A stretch of 64,000 nucleotides of DNA from a virus (IMGVR_UViG_3300031853_000002:64001-128000); one strand, 5' to 3'. Numbered from the stretch's first letter, positions 11,336 to 25,867 are shown. The notes: generated by a model from the sequence alone, not told the origin. Translations and numbers: made by a program.

Positions 11336-12475
11336 ATGACTGCAAGACAGGTATATGAAGCTGTTTTAATTGAACTAAATAAGTCTCAAGCACCTAACTT
11401 ACTGCTTGAAGATTTTAATTACTTCTTTAATAAGGCTGTCGATTAGTATGTAAATAGAAGATATAACATTTATGATATTAACCAGCAAACAACTGATGAC
11501 GTAAGAGTATTAAAATCTACTGTTACTCTAGAAGTAAAAGATAATAATAATGCTGGATCAAAAAATGGAATAGATGTTACTAGGAAGGGATCACTTTATA
11601 ATTCTGTATATGAGTTCGATCTTCCAACTGATTATTTACATCTTTTAAACTGTATTTGTGAATATAAGGTAATGAAACCTTTTAAGTGCTACGATGCTAA
11701 CACTTATGTACAATTTTCTGCAGAAAGACTAACTGCTGATAGCTGGTCTACTGTAATCAATAATGTTTATACTCGTCCTACTTACAAGAGACCTTACTAT
11801 TATTTACATAATGTAAACAGAGAACTAGTTCAAAGTGAAGGACAATATTTAGATTATACTTCACATCATTATGATGGAACCAGTGGTAACTCTGAACCAA
11901 CACAAAGAATAGATTTACCTACAGATCCTTATGGTTCTGATATTAAATCTATAGGTACTAACTTTGCTGATAGTGACACTTATGGAGAAAATGTAATAGT
12001 AGATGGACATATTACAGATAAGAATGGAAACTTATATGCTAATGATAAGTCCACAACTGGAGGAGTTAGTAGAGTTATAGATATTAAAGGTACTGGTGCA
12101 TCAGCAGGAACTTCTACACAAGTAAATGCTGTAGAAAAACTTGGACAAATTCGTTATGGTAATCCAGGAAATGTACGTATTGAGATAAGATACGGTAAAG
12201 ACAACTCTTTATTCCAACTTGAGAGAGTTTATGTAGATTACATTAAAGCTCCACAACATATAAGACTATCTCAAGAACAGTTAGATTTAACTGAGGATAC
12301 TTCTCAAATGATGGAATTCCCAGATTATGTATGTCAAGAGATTATAAATGAGTTGGTACATATAGTTATGGAAAATGGACGTGATGATCGTCTTAATACC
12401 CATATCCCAGTTTCACAAACTATTGCTAATCCAGCTCAGCAATAGGAACAACCTCAACCAACAAGGAGAGGCTAA
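11336..12475 (+). CDS. Virion structural protein, probable tail ring/head-tail connector (379 aa)
   Basis: MTARQVYEAVLIELNK...FNYFFNKA... and ...YIKAPQ...EFPDYVCQEIINELV. Open with TAG=Q, and position fits. Confidence 0.6.
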
Positions 12476-12491
12476 TAAATAATTAAAAAGT

Positions 12492-13415
12492 ATGTTTCAA
12501 TTTATAACAACTACTATCGTAAATAGTCTTTAGGACTATAATTTCCCTGCTAATAATCTTATTACTGAAGTGAAAGAAGGTAATACTGTAGTGGGAATTC
12601 ATATCAAGAGAGATTTTAAATTTTTAGCAGCTAATATCGAAGCTATCTATAAGAGAGCTGCTTCTGATCCAGTGTTAGCTCAAGCTACCGTAGATCTAAC
12701 TGAAGTAACTGCTCCTATAGTAGACACTACTTTTAGAATTGCTATTTATATTAGACTATCAGGTTCTCAGAATTCATATTATGCAAATGACTTTGTTTTC
12801 AAAGGTAAGCCTTTCTATATTGAATTCTTATGGAGAGTTGGAGAAACTGCTGCTAATGTAGCAAAGAAAGTTATAAAGATAGCAAAGAAATATCAGCAAA
12901 TGGTTTATGAATATCAATTACTTGATATTACTGAAGCCGCTGGTGTTATCACAATCAAAGGTACAGATGAATACCAAACTCTAACTAAGGTAGATCTAGA
13001 GAAGTTTGACGAAAATGAAGGTCCTTGGCAAGAAGGTGGGCATGTTGGAGCATTTATTCCAGTTGATACCTTAGATACGGATAGTGTCTATCATACAGGA
13101 GATGTTGTTGCACTTGTTCAGCAAGCAAAACAAGGCTTTGGTACATATAGAAACATGATTAAGGATTATAGACTTCCTACTGCTTCTAACACTCGTTGGA
13201 ACAAAATCATACAGGACGAAACTCCTATTGTAGGTGCCAAGTACAATCAATATACTATTGTACAGTGTGTTAATAGAGGTATCATGGGTGGAGATGCTGT
13301 TGGTGAAGTTGTTAAATCTAAGACTACTCACGTATTCTTTGTAAAGTCTGACTTAGCTACTGCTTTTGAAACAGAACTTGCTAAGATTGGTACTGTTACA
13401 GCTGTTACAGATTGA
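12492..13415 (+). CDS. Virion structural protein, possibly auxiliary capsid protein (307 aa)
   Basis: ATG 12492, one TAG, then track ORF 12570-13415. Followed by a terminator. Function inferred from synteny only. Confidence 0.55.
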
Positions 13416-13436
13416 TATTTATCCAATTAAAGAATA

Positions 13437-13467
13437 GGGCGGGGGCTTGAGCCCTTGCCCATTTTTT
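13437..13467 (+). terminator. Rho-independent terminator
   Basis: GGGCGGGGGC-TTGA-GCCCTTGCCC followed by ATTTTTT. Confidence 0.85.
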
Positions 13468-13471
13468 GTTT

Positions 13472-14140
13472 ATGCTTATCAAAAAATTAGCAGACGCAAT
13501 TTATAACGATGTTGTATCAGGTCTTTAGGGATATCATCATAATCCTTCTATTTCAATGGAATAGTTAGAGGATGATGTAGTAGATGAAAGATTACAAATA
13601 TTAAATGAACATTTTTTAAAAGGAAATCTTCCTATTAAAGACTTAATAATTGCAATTAATTGTATCCCTGTAGATTGTAAAGACCTAGAAAGATGTAGAT
13701 GCCGAGAAAGTATAGGTACTACTCCAAATGCTCATTTTGAAATGCCTTAGGTATTTAATAACAATATTGAATATATAGGTTCTATTGATAGACAACTTCC
13801 ATTTCTATTTTATACATCTTCCTATTAGTGGAACTTTTATCATAAATTTCGCAAAAGAGGAAAAAATAAACCATTTGTATATGTTGATACTTCCCCAAAC
13901 GAAAATGGAATGTATGATGCCTATATATTTAATGCCCCTATGATTAAATAGGTTTCAGTAGTAGCTATATTTAAAGATCCTAGATAGCTAGAGAATTACG
14001 CTTGTTGTTCTGATTTAGATGATGATAACTTTTCCTTTTTAAATAATGAAATAAAAAGAAGACTTACAGAAAAGAAGTTACGTTATTATAGACAATTAGC
14101 TATGTCTCCATTACCAAACGATCAATCTTATAAACCATAA
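13472..14140 (+). CDS. Structural protein, probable tail ring protein (222 aa)
   Basis: Not in track. MLIKKLADAIYNDVVSG...SVVAIFKDPR...LPNDQSYKP* is open with TAG=Q, and has a TAATG overlap to the next gene. Confidence 0.7.
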
Positions 14141-14832
14141 TGGAAAAATTTGGATATGCAATGTTCTTAGCCAATCAATTATATGGATTAGAGTTACTTC
14201 CAGATGACTTTGAAGAAATAGGATTGGTGGCTTGGAGAATGATTGGAAATAAAAGATAGAAATTATATAGATATTGTACAGAAATAAATTGTTCTTCTAA
14301 TACTATAGAACTTCCATGTAATTGTGATGATATAGAAGCAATTACTTATGGATTTGAAGATTGGAACTTTGTATCTAATCTTTATCCAAATGGGGATCCT
14401 TATTCTGCATGGGCTGAGGACTATATAGAATCTAGAAAGGCTTTTGAAAATCCTTTATATATAGGAGGACGTTATGTACATTATGAAAGAGTTGGAAATA
14501 CACTTTATCTAGATGGAAAGTACTTTGGAAAAATCTTTATTCTTTATAAAGGAACTATATTAGATGACGATGGACTTCCAGAGATTACTGAAGAAGAAGC
14601 AATGGCTATAGCTGCATTCTGTGCTTATTACTCTAAATTTAAAGAAGCTTTAAGAACTAACAACAAAAATATTCTAGAAATGGCTAATATTTTAGAACGT
14701 AAGTGGAAAACTTTATGCTCTTAGGCTAGAGTTCCACAATCTGTATCACAGAATGAATGGAATGAAATTCTAGATGCTAAAGTCAATTGGAATAGAAAAA
14801 TATTTAATAAATCTTATAAACCTTTAAAATAA
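14140..14832 (+). CDS. Tail tubular / ring protein, P22 gp4-like as annotated in crAss-like phages (230 aa)
   Basis: Not in track. Contains IELPCNC and ILYKGTILDDDGLPEI, with TAATG overlaps at both ends. Confidence 0.7.
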
Positions 14833-14978
14833 TGTATCAGAAAGCAATGCCTGCAGGAAGTGCAGGAATTATGGCAGCTTCCTATGGAATGGAAGCAATT
14901 TTAAAACCAACAGAAGTAGCAATTCCAGAACCAGAGGAGACACCTGTAGTTCCAGAGAAACCTATAGTTGAACCTTAA
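14832..14978 (+). CDS. Small Pro/Glu-rich protein (48 aa)
   Basis: MYQKAMPAGSAGIMAASYGMEAILKPTEVAIPEPEETPVVPEKPIVEP*. TAATG coupled, and fills the gap exactly. Confidence 0.6.
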   Translation: MYQKAMPAGSAGIMAASYGMEAILKPTEVAIPEPEETPVVPEKPIVEP

Positions 14979-14989
14979 GAACCTGGAGA

Positions 14990-15436
14990 ATGAACTACGC
15001 AACAGGATATGCGTTTAATACGGATGAAATATTCGAGAATTTTCCGTATGATAAACTATTAGTAACCTGTAGTGATTGTAATATTGTTAATGGAGATTAT
15101 CATAAAGATAAATTAGTTAAGCGCGTTTTCAAGGACGCGCTTAAACTAATACTTACCGATATCATTGATAATAATGTTACATTTCAACTGCCTACTGGAA
15201 GTAGAAGAGCTGAAATACATGTATTAAATACTACAGGTAAATAGTTTTAGCAAGCTAGAAAAAGAGGTAAATGGAAAGAAGTAGACTTCCTAGCTTCTAA
15301 TTTTACAGGTAATCAATTAGTTTTAGAACTATATGGTAAAAAAGATTCTATTAGTAGACGTAAACCTATATATGTAGATAAGCGTCTTAAAGATAGATTA
15401 ACTGAACATACAAACAATGGAAAGTAGTACTGCTAA
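14990..15436 (+). CDS. Basic protein, putative IHF/HU-like (148 aa)
   Basis: Extends through TAGs to TAA 15434-15436. Position next to tail tube and stabilisation genes matches crAss IHF-like genes. Confidence 0.5.
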
Positions 15437-16029
15437 TGCAAATAAAAACGATTAATGATTATTATGAAAATGTACGTGAACTATGGCCAAGACTACCTGA
15501 AAAGGATATAAAGAGAATTTTAAATTTTGGATTCAAAGCTTTATATTTACATAATAGTTATGGTGGTGATACCTTTATAAAGGACAAGGATTTCTTATGT
15601 TATATAGGATATCTTAGAAATAATTCTATAGCTCACTATCATTACTATATAAAAAAATTAATAATAAAATTAAGAGTTCTTTATAAAAGACGAAAGATTT
15701 AGTGGGATGGTTATTATTACTTTGCTCTACGTGATGACTAGTATGAAAATTATATAAGTCAAAAGAAAAGAAGAGGCCGTCCAAAAAAATGGTTTGAATA
15801 TGGTTTAATTATGTTATATAAGATAAAAGAAGAATGTCTTATATCACAACATAATTGTAAATATATATTTAAAGTTCCATATAAAAGTGATATTGGAATT
15901 AGATCTTTATAGAGAAATTTTATTAGTGATTGTGCAGAACTAATTGAAACTAGATAGCCATTAAAATTAAAAGATATTCTAGTTACTAATTATAAATATT
16001 AGATATTAAATGAAAAAGGAAACAACTAA
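15436..16029 (+). CDS. Basic DNA-binding protein, IHF/HU-like N-terminus plus AT-hook-like KRRGRPKK (197 aa)
   Basis: Read-through of TAG 15700 to TAA 16027-16029. Confidence 0.55.
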
Positions 16030-19000
16030 TACATTTGAAGGTGGAATGATAAAAGATCTTCATCCATTAACTACTCCAAATAATGTATTGACTGATGCTT
16101 TAAATGCTACATATATTACTTATAATGGTAATGAAAGTATCTTACAAAATGATATGGGTAATGTAGAAATTAAGCATGCACTTTTAAAAGCTGGTTATGT
16201 TCCTGTAGGAATGAAAGAACATGGTGGAATAATTTATGTTGCAGCTTATAATCCTCAAACTGGAAAAGGGCAAGTAGGTTCTTTCCCTTCTCCATAGCAA
16301 TTATGGGAAAGTGAAAATTGGACAGTAAATGCGCCTAAAAATATAATTCCTACAGTAAATATTCCAACTATTTTTTATGAAGGATCTTTTATAATAAATG
16401 AAATAGTAAAACAAGAACTATTTAAAAGTCAAGATGGAGAACCTAGAATATTTCATCCTGGAGACAAATATATAATAAAATTTCCAGCTAAAAGTAGCAT
16501 TACTCCTTATATAAATAATGACTATATGGATATATAGCTAGGAGTAATAAAATCAGATGGAGGAATAGATATTATGAAAACTTGGAATAAAGATAATTCT
16601 GGAGAATTTCTTTATGGAGGTGATGCAGACCCCTCTACCCTTTTATCTAATCCTACAGTAGTACAAATATTTGATGCTTCATCTTCTGGCGAAATGATTC
16701 TTATATTTAATTTACATACTTTAGACTCTTTTAATTTATTAAGAGAATACTCTTTAGCTGGTGAAAATATTAGAGTTACATTTAGAGGGGAAGGGCAAAA
16801 AGATGGGGTCACTTATACAAGTAGTGGAAGTGATGGTAGATTAAGACTAACTAAAGGACAAATAGTAAATGATAGTATTTCTGTTACAGCTTCAGATCAA
16901 ACTTCTGTAAATGTTGAAGGAAAAACTGGAAAGACTAAACTTGTTATTTATCCTAACGTTCCATTTGGAATTATTAAAAGGATGGGACGTACAATGACAA
17001 TCGATTTTGATAAAATTAGAAAGAATCAGGACGAATTCTCAGAATGGAGATTCTTTGTTACTGATACTTATATGAAAATAGGATGGGCTTATGATTTCTA
17101 TAATTTAGATGGAAGTAAAGAAATTGATTATATAAGAATGTATTTCCATAAATTAGAAAATGGGTATACTTCTACTAATAAGGAAGAACTTCCACATATA
17201 GATATTTAGAGGGAATCATATAATGGAAACTTTGAAGATTACATTGACTATAATCAAATAGGTCTACAATATAAAAATATTTATATAACTGAAATTGTAA
17301 GAAAATTTAAAAATGAAGAAAATGAAGAAATAATAGGATTTAAAATGCTATACCTTAGTAAGTTATATAATGAACAATATAATGGATTTTATGAAAATAA
17401 AGCTATAGGTCTTTCTGGAGAAGATGGAGACACTCAAGAACGTAAACCCGAATATAATTCTATAACAGTAAAATCAGTAAATATTGACTTTAAAAATGAT
17501 TCTGATATAACATTATCAGAATCCAAAACTAAAGTACAAAAACCTGGAGAACAGACTTTAGGGCATGAGGTTAATACAGTTGATGTAGATCCTACATTAT
17601 ATATAAATGAATTAAATGCTGAATAGTTAGAGAGTTTATCTAATAAATACTATCTTACTGAAGTACATAATAAATATAATGTAAGTCTAAAATTAAAAGG
17701 GGAAATAAGTGACTATGAGGAAGGAATAATAGGAGTCCCTAGAACAGACCTAATTCCTTCTATAATAAATAATTGTGATTTAAGTGGTAATCTAAGCGTT
17801 GAGTATGAACCTCAATGGAACAGTACATCTAGTATTGTATTTCCGGGAATAATTACTAATTCTCCAAGTGTAATAAATAATGGAACTAAAACATCTTAGG
17901 ATGAGTATCTTGAATTTAGTAATATTATAGTAAATGATTATAGATATATTCAAGGAAGAGCCTCTGGATTATAGACAAGTTCATATGAAACAAAAGGTTT
18001 AACTCCAATGTATTCATCTAAATAGGCTTCTGATAAAAAATCTAGAGTTGCTCCATATTGGAATAAAGAAAGTGGAACTCTTTGTATAGGAGGTGAAGGG
18101 GATGCAAGTGAAACTATTTATCATAGCTGTACTTTAAGACCTAATGGAGATTTAGTACTAGGTCCAGATGCTGGAGGTGGTAATGATGATGGTGGACTTT
18201 CTTCTGCTTCATATCTAATGCATGATCCAATGACTAATATGTTTACTGGTATTTCTGGAGAGGATTCCGAAATTACTTTTAAGGATATGCATGGTTAGGG
18301 TGGATGTGCTTTTGAGGACTAGGAGAGAGGTTTTATTAGTCATAATGTAAATAAAGGAGGAAATAATATTAGGCATCAAAGCGGTGATTATTTAATTGCT
18401 TGTTGGAAATTTACTGATGGAACTACACATTTAGTAAATCTTATGAGTAGAAGAACTTAGGATAAACCTGATGCTTCTGCAAAATGGCCAAGACTTGATG
18501 TAATGCTTAGATGCATTCTTAGTCAATTATTCACTGTTAATAAAATTACTCATAATGCAGAATATATTACTACAGATGAAAAGTTCTATTAGTATGAATA
18601 TGGTAAATCAAAACTAAAAGTTAAATTAAGCTTGAACCCTTCGCAGTTTAATCTTATAAAGAATGATATAATGACCAGTACAAAAAATACTACAAAGCCT
18701 CTTACTAATTATTTGACGGAGGATTGGTCTTATTATGAAGGAGCATTGCATATAGGAGGGAAATCTTATCCTATGGTAAATTTGATTCCAGAAGTACAAG
18801 CTTCTATACCAACTATTGATGACGATATAGAAATAGAACTTCCTGAATTTGATTTAGATGTACTTTTGCAATATTATTTTGGAGTTCAATATACATAGAA
18901 ATAGGAGAATGATCTTGATGTAAAAGCTATATATGCTATAGACACAACAAAATATGCAGATAATGCTGCTATTTGTGAAGAAACAAATGGAAATTATCCA

Positions 19001-19378
19001 AAATGTAGAGCAGATGGAACATATAATTGGTCTGGAACTCCTAAATGCGTACCTATTACATAGTCTAATACTATATTTAAAATGCACAGATGGGATAATC
19101 CATCTAGTATTGTTACTTTTCCAAGATTCTATAGTCATTTCATTACAAAAGCTAAGCGTGATGACTGGACTGATATTCCAGAGGGAGAAGAAAATGAAAT
19201 ATTAGCAGAGGCTCCTATCAATTATGACTCTTCGGATAGTAATTCGGAGCAGGCATACGGTTATTGGACTAATGCTCATGTTGAAGATGCACCAGATCTA
19301 TATATTAAAACTTTGTATAGTCCATAGATATCAGCGTTATGGGATATACCACGTAAAAGTGCTAATTGGAATCCATGA
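16010..19378 (+). CDS. Tail protein with stabilisation/muzzle-like N-terminus (1122 aa)
   Basis: Five track fragments share one frame. Starts NTFEGGMIKD...LTDALNAT, and ends in an ATGA overlap. Confidence 0.7.
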
Positions 19379-22300
19379 ATCTTATAACACCTTTAAAAAA
19401 TTCACTAGAGGTTGATTTAGCAATTAAATAGTTATCTCAAAAAGGTAATCTAGTGTATGAATACAACCCATTCAAAACATTCAGAATAAATACAACAGGA
19501 GACTCTGAATTATTAGATGAACTTGGTAATCCTTTACCTAAAGGTTCTATCTTAGATTTAGATACATCTAAATTAAAATTTGATTTAAAACATCCTGTTG
19601 ATATGACTATTTAGCCTTCATATGATGGTTCAGTTAATGTTATCTTAAATGATGGCATTAACGAACCTCGTATGATTAATAGTCGTTTCTCTGTTACTGG
19701 AATGGATACTTATTAGATAGTAGATAGAGAAGGAGATAATGATACAAATATATATGATAAAGAATCTTTTGATACTGATATATCTTTATATAAAAAAGTA
19801 AATAGTATAGCTAAAATTAAATTTATGGGTGTTAATACTGGGGGCAATCTTCCTGTTGGTAATTATCACTTTTATTTTAAATTAGCTGATGCAGATGGTA
19901 ACGAGACCGATTTCGTTGGAGAATCTGGTTTAGTAACTTGTTATATAGGAAATTTAAATGAACCTAGTTCAATATAGGGAGGTATCAGAGATTAGAGTAG
20001 CTTTAAAGCTGTCCATTTTAGATTATCTAATTTAGATTCATCATATTCAAATGTTGTAATATATTATACTAGATATACTTCAGATAATTTAGCAAATAAA
20101 ACAACTGAAGCTTTTAAAATATTAAAAAATTTCCCAATATACAGTTCTAATTGTGAAATAAGAATAAATGGCTATGAAGAAAAATTAGGAGTTAGTATTA
20201 ATGATATTAATGCTTAGTTTAATCTCGTAAAATCTGTAAATACATAGGAAATTGCTTAGAATATGTTATTTATGGGAAATGTTAGAAAGGAAGAACTTCC
20301 TTATAAAGAACTTGCTGATTTATCATTGCGTTTTTGGCCAAGTCTTGTGCAAGAGGATAGTATAGGATTTGTAAATGAGAATTATAAAGATACTTCTGGG
20401 AAGTATGAATATTATAATGTAAATAATCTATATTATAAATTAGGGTATTGGAATGATGAAATATATCGTTTTGGGATAGTATATATAATGAAAGATTATT
20501 CACTTTCTCCAGTATTTAATGTCAGGGGAAGAGAACTAGTAAGATTGAATGATTCTTGTACTATAGAAGCCATTTACAATGGTACTGCCAGAGTATATAT
20601 TCCTATAGACAAATAGTATTCAGCTATTAATTCTACTGATAATTGTAAAGGAGTGAGTAGAATATATTGTAATACTTCACAAATATAGGAAAATGAAGTT
20701 AAACCTATAGCAATTAAATTCAATTACACAGAAGATCTTATAAATGAACTTAAAAAATATACTATAGGATGTTTCTTTGTAAGATAGAAAAGAATTGCTA
20801 CTACTTTATGTTAGGCAGTTTCTATAGGTATAGAAAATATAAGTCATTTACCAACAATTCCAATTTCTAATGGAGATAATGAAGATAGTACTACTTATTT
20901 AATGGAAGGGTTCTTTAATAAAGAGAGAATTCTTACACACAACTTTGATGAAAGGCGTGTAACTTTAGATTCTTCATCTGTAAATACTGGAAATGCAGCT
21001 ATATGTCCAGAATTTGAATTAAACCCAGGATTTTATAATTAGTTCTTTACAGGTTCAAATTTTGAAGTTAGAAGTTCTCTCAATCAATTAAAACAAAAGC
21101 ACTGTTCAAGAAGCGGCACACATCTATATAGTATCAAAGGAGAAACAGATACTAATTTAACCCTTCAATAGCTTTAGATTGTATCACTATAGGATGGGTA
21201 GGCACTTGCTAAGAATAGAAACTTATTATATTCAGCGTTAGCAGGAACAGCAGAAGAAGTACAAAGAGTTTCTTATTATACTTATAGAAATCCCTCAGAA
21301 GAAGCTTCTAACGTATTAAGAGGGGTCTATGGTCCTTATATAGGCTTAGAAGGTCAAGAAAAATTACCATATGCCATGACTATAATAGATATAAAGATTC
21401 CTAACTATAGTGAATCTAATATGAGTGAATACTTTCAAATTAGATATCAAGATACTTCTCCATTTGAGCCTATTTCTGAAAGATTCTTGTGGGAAGATAT
21501 TTCTAAAAATAATATATGTTATAGAGGTGATTGTTTTATAGGTAATTTTACACATAGAATGGTAAGAAACTTTGCAGATCCTTCAGCCCCATATAATGAT
21601 GAAATTATTAGTGTAAATACATGGAAGGATAACATGAATTTATCTGATATAGACTCGTTTAAAGATGTTAACAGAGGAGATGTAAACGCAGTTAAAATGG
21701 GGCACTGGATTACAGTTAAAATATGTAGCAATGTAAACCTCTCTATAAGAAGTGTTGATCATTCTTGGACATCAGAAGAAGGAATAACTAATAAGCCACG
21801 TGCTTTCTTCCCATTATATGCTAGAAATACATCAGGAGAAAATAAAGTTCCAGAGTCTAATGTATATAACGATGGATATTCAACTACATTATCTACAAAA
21901 TATAACTTTGAAATGCCTGATGTTCCAGCAGTAAAAAATGTATTTATAACTAGAATAATGTATTCTGAGATAGCTATTAATGATGCCTTCCGAAACGGAT
22001 TTAGAGTATTTAATCTTACTAATTATAGGGATTATACTCTTACATATGGTGCTCTTACTAGAATTATAGAATTAAAAGGAAGTTTAATTGCTGTTTTTGA
22101 ACATGGTGTATGTTTAATTCCAGTTAATGAAAGAGCAGTTGCTGGAAGAGGAGCAGGTGGAAATGTATTTATAAACACGTCTAGTGTACTGCCAGACAAT
22201 CCAATGGTTCTTTCAGATATGTTTGGTACTTAGTGGCCAGAAAGTGTCTTAAAAACTCCATATTATGTATATGGAATAGATACAGTAGGAAAGAAGATTT

Positions 22301-24057
22301 GGAGAACAAATGGGTAGAATTTTGAAATTATATCAGACTTTAGAGTTGAAAAGTTCCTTATTGATAATATATCACTTACTGAGACAGAGAAAGAACCAAT
22401 AATTGGAATACGTAATGTAAAGACTCATTATAATGCGTTTAAGAATGATGTAATGTTTACTTTCTATGATGATATTAATACAATAGAAGAAAAAGTTTGG
22501 AACTTATGTTATAATGAAATATAGAGTAAATTTACTACTTTATATTCTTGGGTTCCCTCTTATTCTGCTGATGTAGACAATATAATGTTTAGTTTTGATA
22601 GAAACACTTCTAAAGTTATTACTAAGCTTACTTCTATTTATCCAAAATTAGCACTTGTACAAGACGCTTATACTGGAAGTACAATTGAAAACAATAGTTA
22701 TGTATGTCTAGGTACTTTAAAAATTAATAATGATAATAACAGTTCTTATAGCTTTTAGTTATATAATGATAATTTTAATAATAACTATAGGTATAGGGTA
22801 GAAAATGGAAGATTATATGTAGTAAAGGAAGCTTATAATTCACAAGATTACTGGACTGCAGCTATAGAAGCTAGAATAATAACAAGCGACTAGTCTACTG
22901 ATATATATAATAAATATATAAGTGGTTCTATATACGGAACAGTAACAGCATGTAAACCTTCATATAGAAATACATTAACCACATCATTTTGGAAACATGG
23001 GCAAGCAGGACTTATGGAAACTGAAGGAAAAATAAAACCTTGTCATTGGTATGGCGAGCAACATCCTTTTGAATTTGAGTTTATAGTTCTTGATAATCCT
23101 ATAATGCACAAGATATTTAATAACTTACAAATAATAAGTAATAAAGCATAGCCTGAATCTTTCCATTTTGATGTAGTTGGAGAAGTATATGATTGGAATA
23201 ATGATAAACTAAATATGTATTGCAGATAGGAGGCTACTAAATAGCTGTTCTAGAAACTAGGTTCTAATATTAAGTATAATCCTAATTATAAAGAACTTAC
23301 TCCAAGATAGAGAAAAATACTAGGAAGCACTTACAATTAGAAATCTACATATTTACCACTATATTATAGAAGGACTGAACACTTAGATAAAATATATAAC
23401 TCTTATACCATGATGCAACAACCATCTGGTAATTGGAACAGTAGAGTTCCTAGAGATTATGCTCACTTATCAGGCTCTGAGATAGTATACGATCCTCAAC
23501 TTAACGAATTTAGAATTTGGACCCATATAGGATGTTGTCCAATAGATGGATACTACGATAAAGAAGTAAGTTATAATGACTATCTTTATATAGTAAATCA
23601 TTTTGCTCCAACACATAGAAGAGTTTACGCTTGGCAAGAAGATGATGGTTCTACAAAATATTATGAACGTATATTCTATGGACGTATAAAAGGAAACTCA
23701 GAATATAAAGAGGATAAATGGTATGTACAGATTCCTTCTATTACATTTATGTAGAAGAATGAGGCTAATTGGAATAAACCTCCTATTATTATAAATCCTT
23801 CTGAACTTCCAGAAGATTTAAAAAATACTTAGATAAGTGCATAGACTCTTCCAGAAGGATACACATTCTCTGAATTACAAATATTACCTAATACAGGTGA
23901 TAGAGGAGATGCTTATCCTCCAACATATGGAGGATGGACAGCTCGTAAAGAAACTAAAATTAGAGATAAATATATGAGAGTAAGAATAAGATATAAAGGA
24001 AATGACCTTGCTGTTATTTCTGCAATAAAAACTATATATACTGAAAGTTATGCGTAA
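19375..24057 (+). CDS. Tail stabilisation / muzzle-like protein (1560 aa)
   Basis: Fragments 20263, 21376 and 23410 are in frame. Contains EIYRFGIVY, YRGDCFI and C-terminal RDKYMRVRIRYKG...TESYA. Confidence 0.7.
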
Positions 24058-25276
24058 ATTAATTAGAAAGTGTCAAAATGGAGCTAATACATTGAATGTA
24101 GGAGCTGAATCTCTAAACATTGGAAAGGAATTAAGTTAGTCTGCTTTAGATGCTGCTAATGCTTGGAAATCAGTAGAAAAAGGAGGATTCTTATCTGGAG
24201 TATCTAATTTTGGAAAAGATATATTTAAGAACATGGGAGGAACTTCTGGGCTTATATCCATGGGAGGAAATGTACTTAATTCCTTATTACCAGAAGCTAC
24301 ACAATCAAATGGGCTAAAATTTGCTAATACTGCTTTATCTTTTGCTGAAAATATCCCAGTATATGGTAAATTTGCTACCTTAGCTAAATTAGGACTTAAT
24401 ACTCTTAATACTGTAGCTGGACATACTATAAAATCCTTAAATAATAATCAAGGAGTACAAGATACTTTAGCAGGAACTGGAGGAGGATATGGAGATTTTA
24501 TGAACTCTTGGGATGAGGCTTCTAAGTATTCTGGGAAAAGAGCAGGATTTTTTGATGGTAATAAGTATGACAGAATGGTAGAAGATGCCAACAGACAGAT
24601 GAATATTCTTCAAAGCATAATAGGAAAGAAAAGTATTGGGGATTTGCTAACTACTTAGATGGGAGATAGATGGAACGAACGTACTATGATGGATATGAAC
24701 GGAGGACCTGGAAATATAATGTTTGGGCGTCTTGGTCTTAAAGTAGAAATACTTCCTAAAGTTCATGCACTCCTCAATAAATCTAAAGTTCTTGACACTT
24801 TAAAAGAATGGGAAGAAGATGTTCAAGAATTTAAGGAAGGAGGTAAAATGAATGTTATTCCTGAAGGTTCCTTACATGCACGTTTACATCATATGGAAAA
24901 TGCAGAAGGTCTAACTAAAAAAGGAATTCCTGTAGTTACTGAGAAAGAAGGAGGAGAACTTGAACAACAAGCAGAAATAGAACTAAATGAAATTATATTT
25001 AATTTAGAAGTTACTACTGAACTTGAAAAATTAATGAAAGATGGTTCTGATAATGCAGCTATTGAAGCAGGTAAGCTCCTTGTTAAAGAAATATTTGAGA
25101 ATACTGATGATAGAACAGGCCTTATTAAATAGTTAGAACCAGAAAAGAAAGAGCCTACAACTGAAGATATAGAAAAAAATCATCAAGTATTTAAAAACGG
25201 AGGAATACTAGAAAAAATTAATGGACTTTCTCCAGAACAATTAGAAAAACTAACTAAATTTTTAAATGAGGTATGA
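24050..25276 (+). CDS. Putative internal cargo protein, Gly-rich (408 aa)
   Basis: Joins track ORFs 24233 and 24659 via TAG. Lies directly after the muzzle-like gene. Confidence 0.65.
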
Positions 25277-25845
25277 TAAATATTACTTTAGGAGATAAAT
25301 AGTTTAAGGTAGAAGAAGCTGCCTCATATAAAGAAAGACGAGATGGACTGCAAGGAGTCAAAGAACTTGCTCCAAATGAAGGAATGATTTTTTATTTTGA
25401 CGAACCTGACCTTGTAGAGATGTGGATGAAAGATACTTTAATTCCTTTAGATATAATCTTTATAAATAGTGACTAGGAGGTAACAGCAGTAGAACAAGGT
25501 AAACCTAATGATCCTACTTTATTAAGTCATGAAGATACTCTTTATGTAGTAGAACTTAATCAAGGTTCTGGAGTAAAAGTTGGTGATGAACTTGAATTTG
25601 ATGATGACAAGGCCCCTACTATGAAGGTTCTTGCACCTGATGGTTCTACTCAAATGGAGCTTGAAGGAGGAGAAAGAATAGTATCTCGTAGAGAAACTAA
25701 GGTTCTTATTTCTAAAGCTTATAGAGCAAGAGAAAGTCATAATGATAAAGATTATAAAGCATTAGGACGTTATATATTTAAGGTATTTAAGAAGTAGGAT
25801 TCAAGAGAGCCAGAGTATGTACAACAACCTGCATCTAAATCTTAA
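25273..25845 (+). CDS. DUF192-domain protein with C-terminal extension (190 aa)
   Basis: Not in track. Contains GLQG...EGMIFYF...MWMKDTLIPLDIIFI...YVVELNQG...VGD and 3 TAGs. Confidence 0.8.
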
Positions 25846-25867
25846 TATGTTAAAATTAGATAAAATA

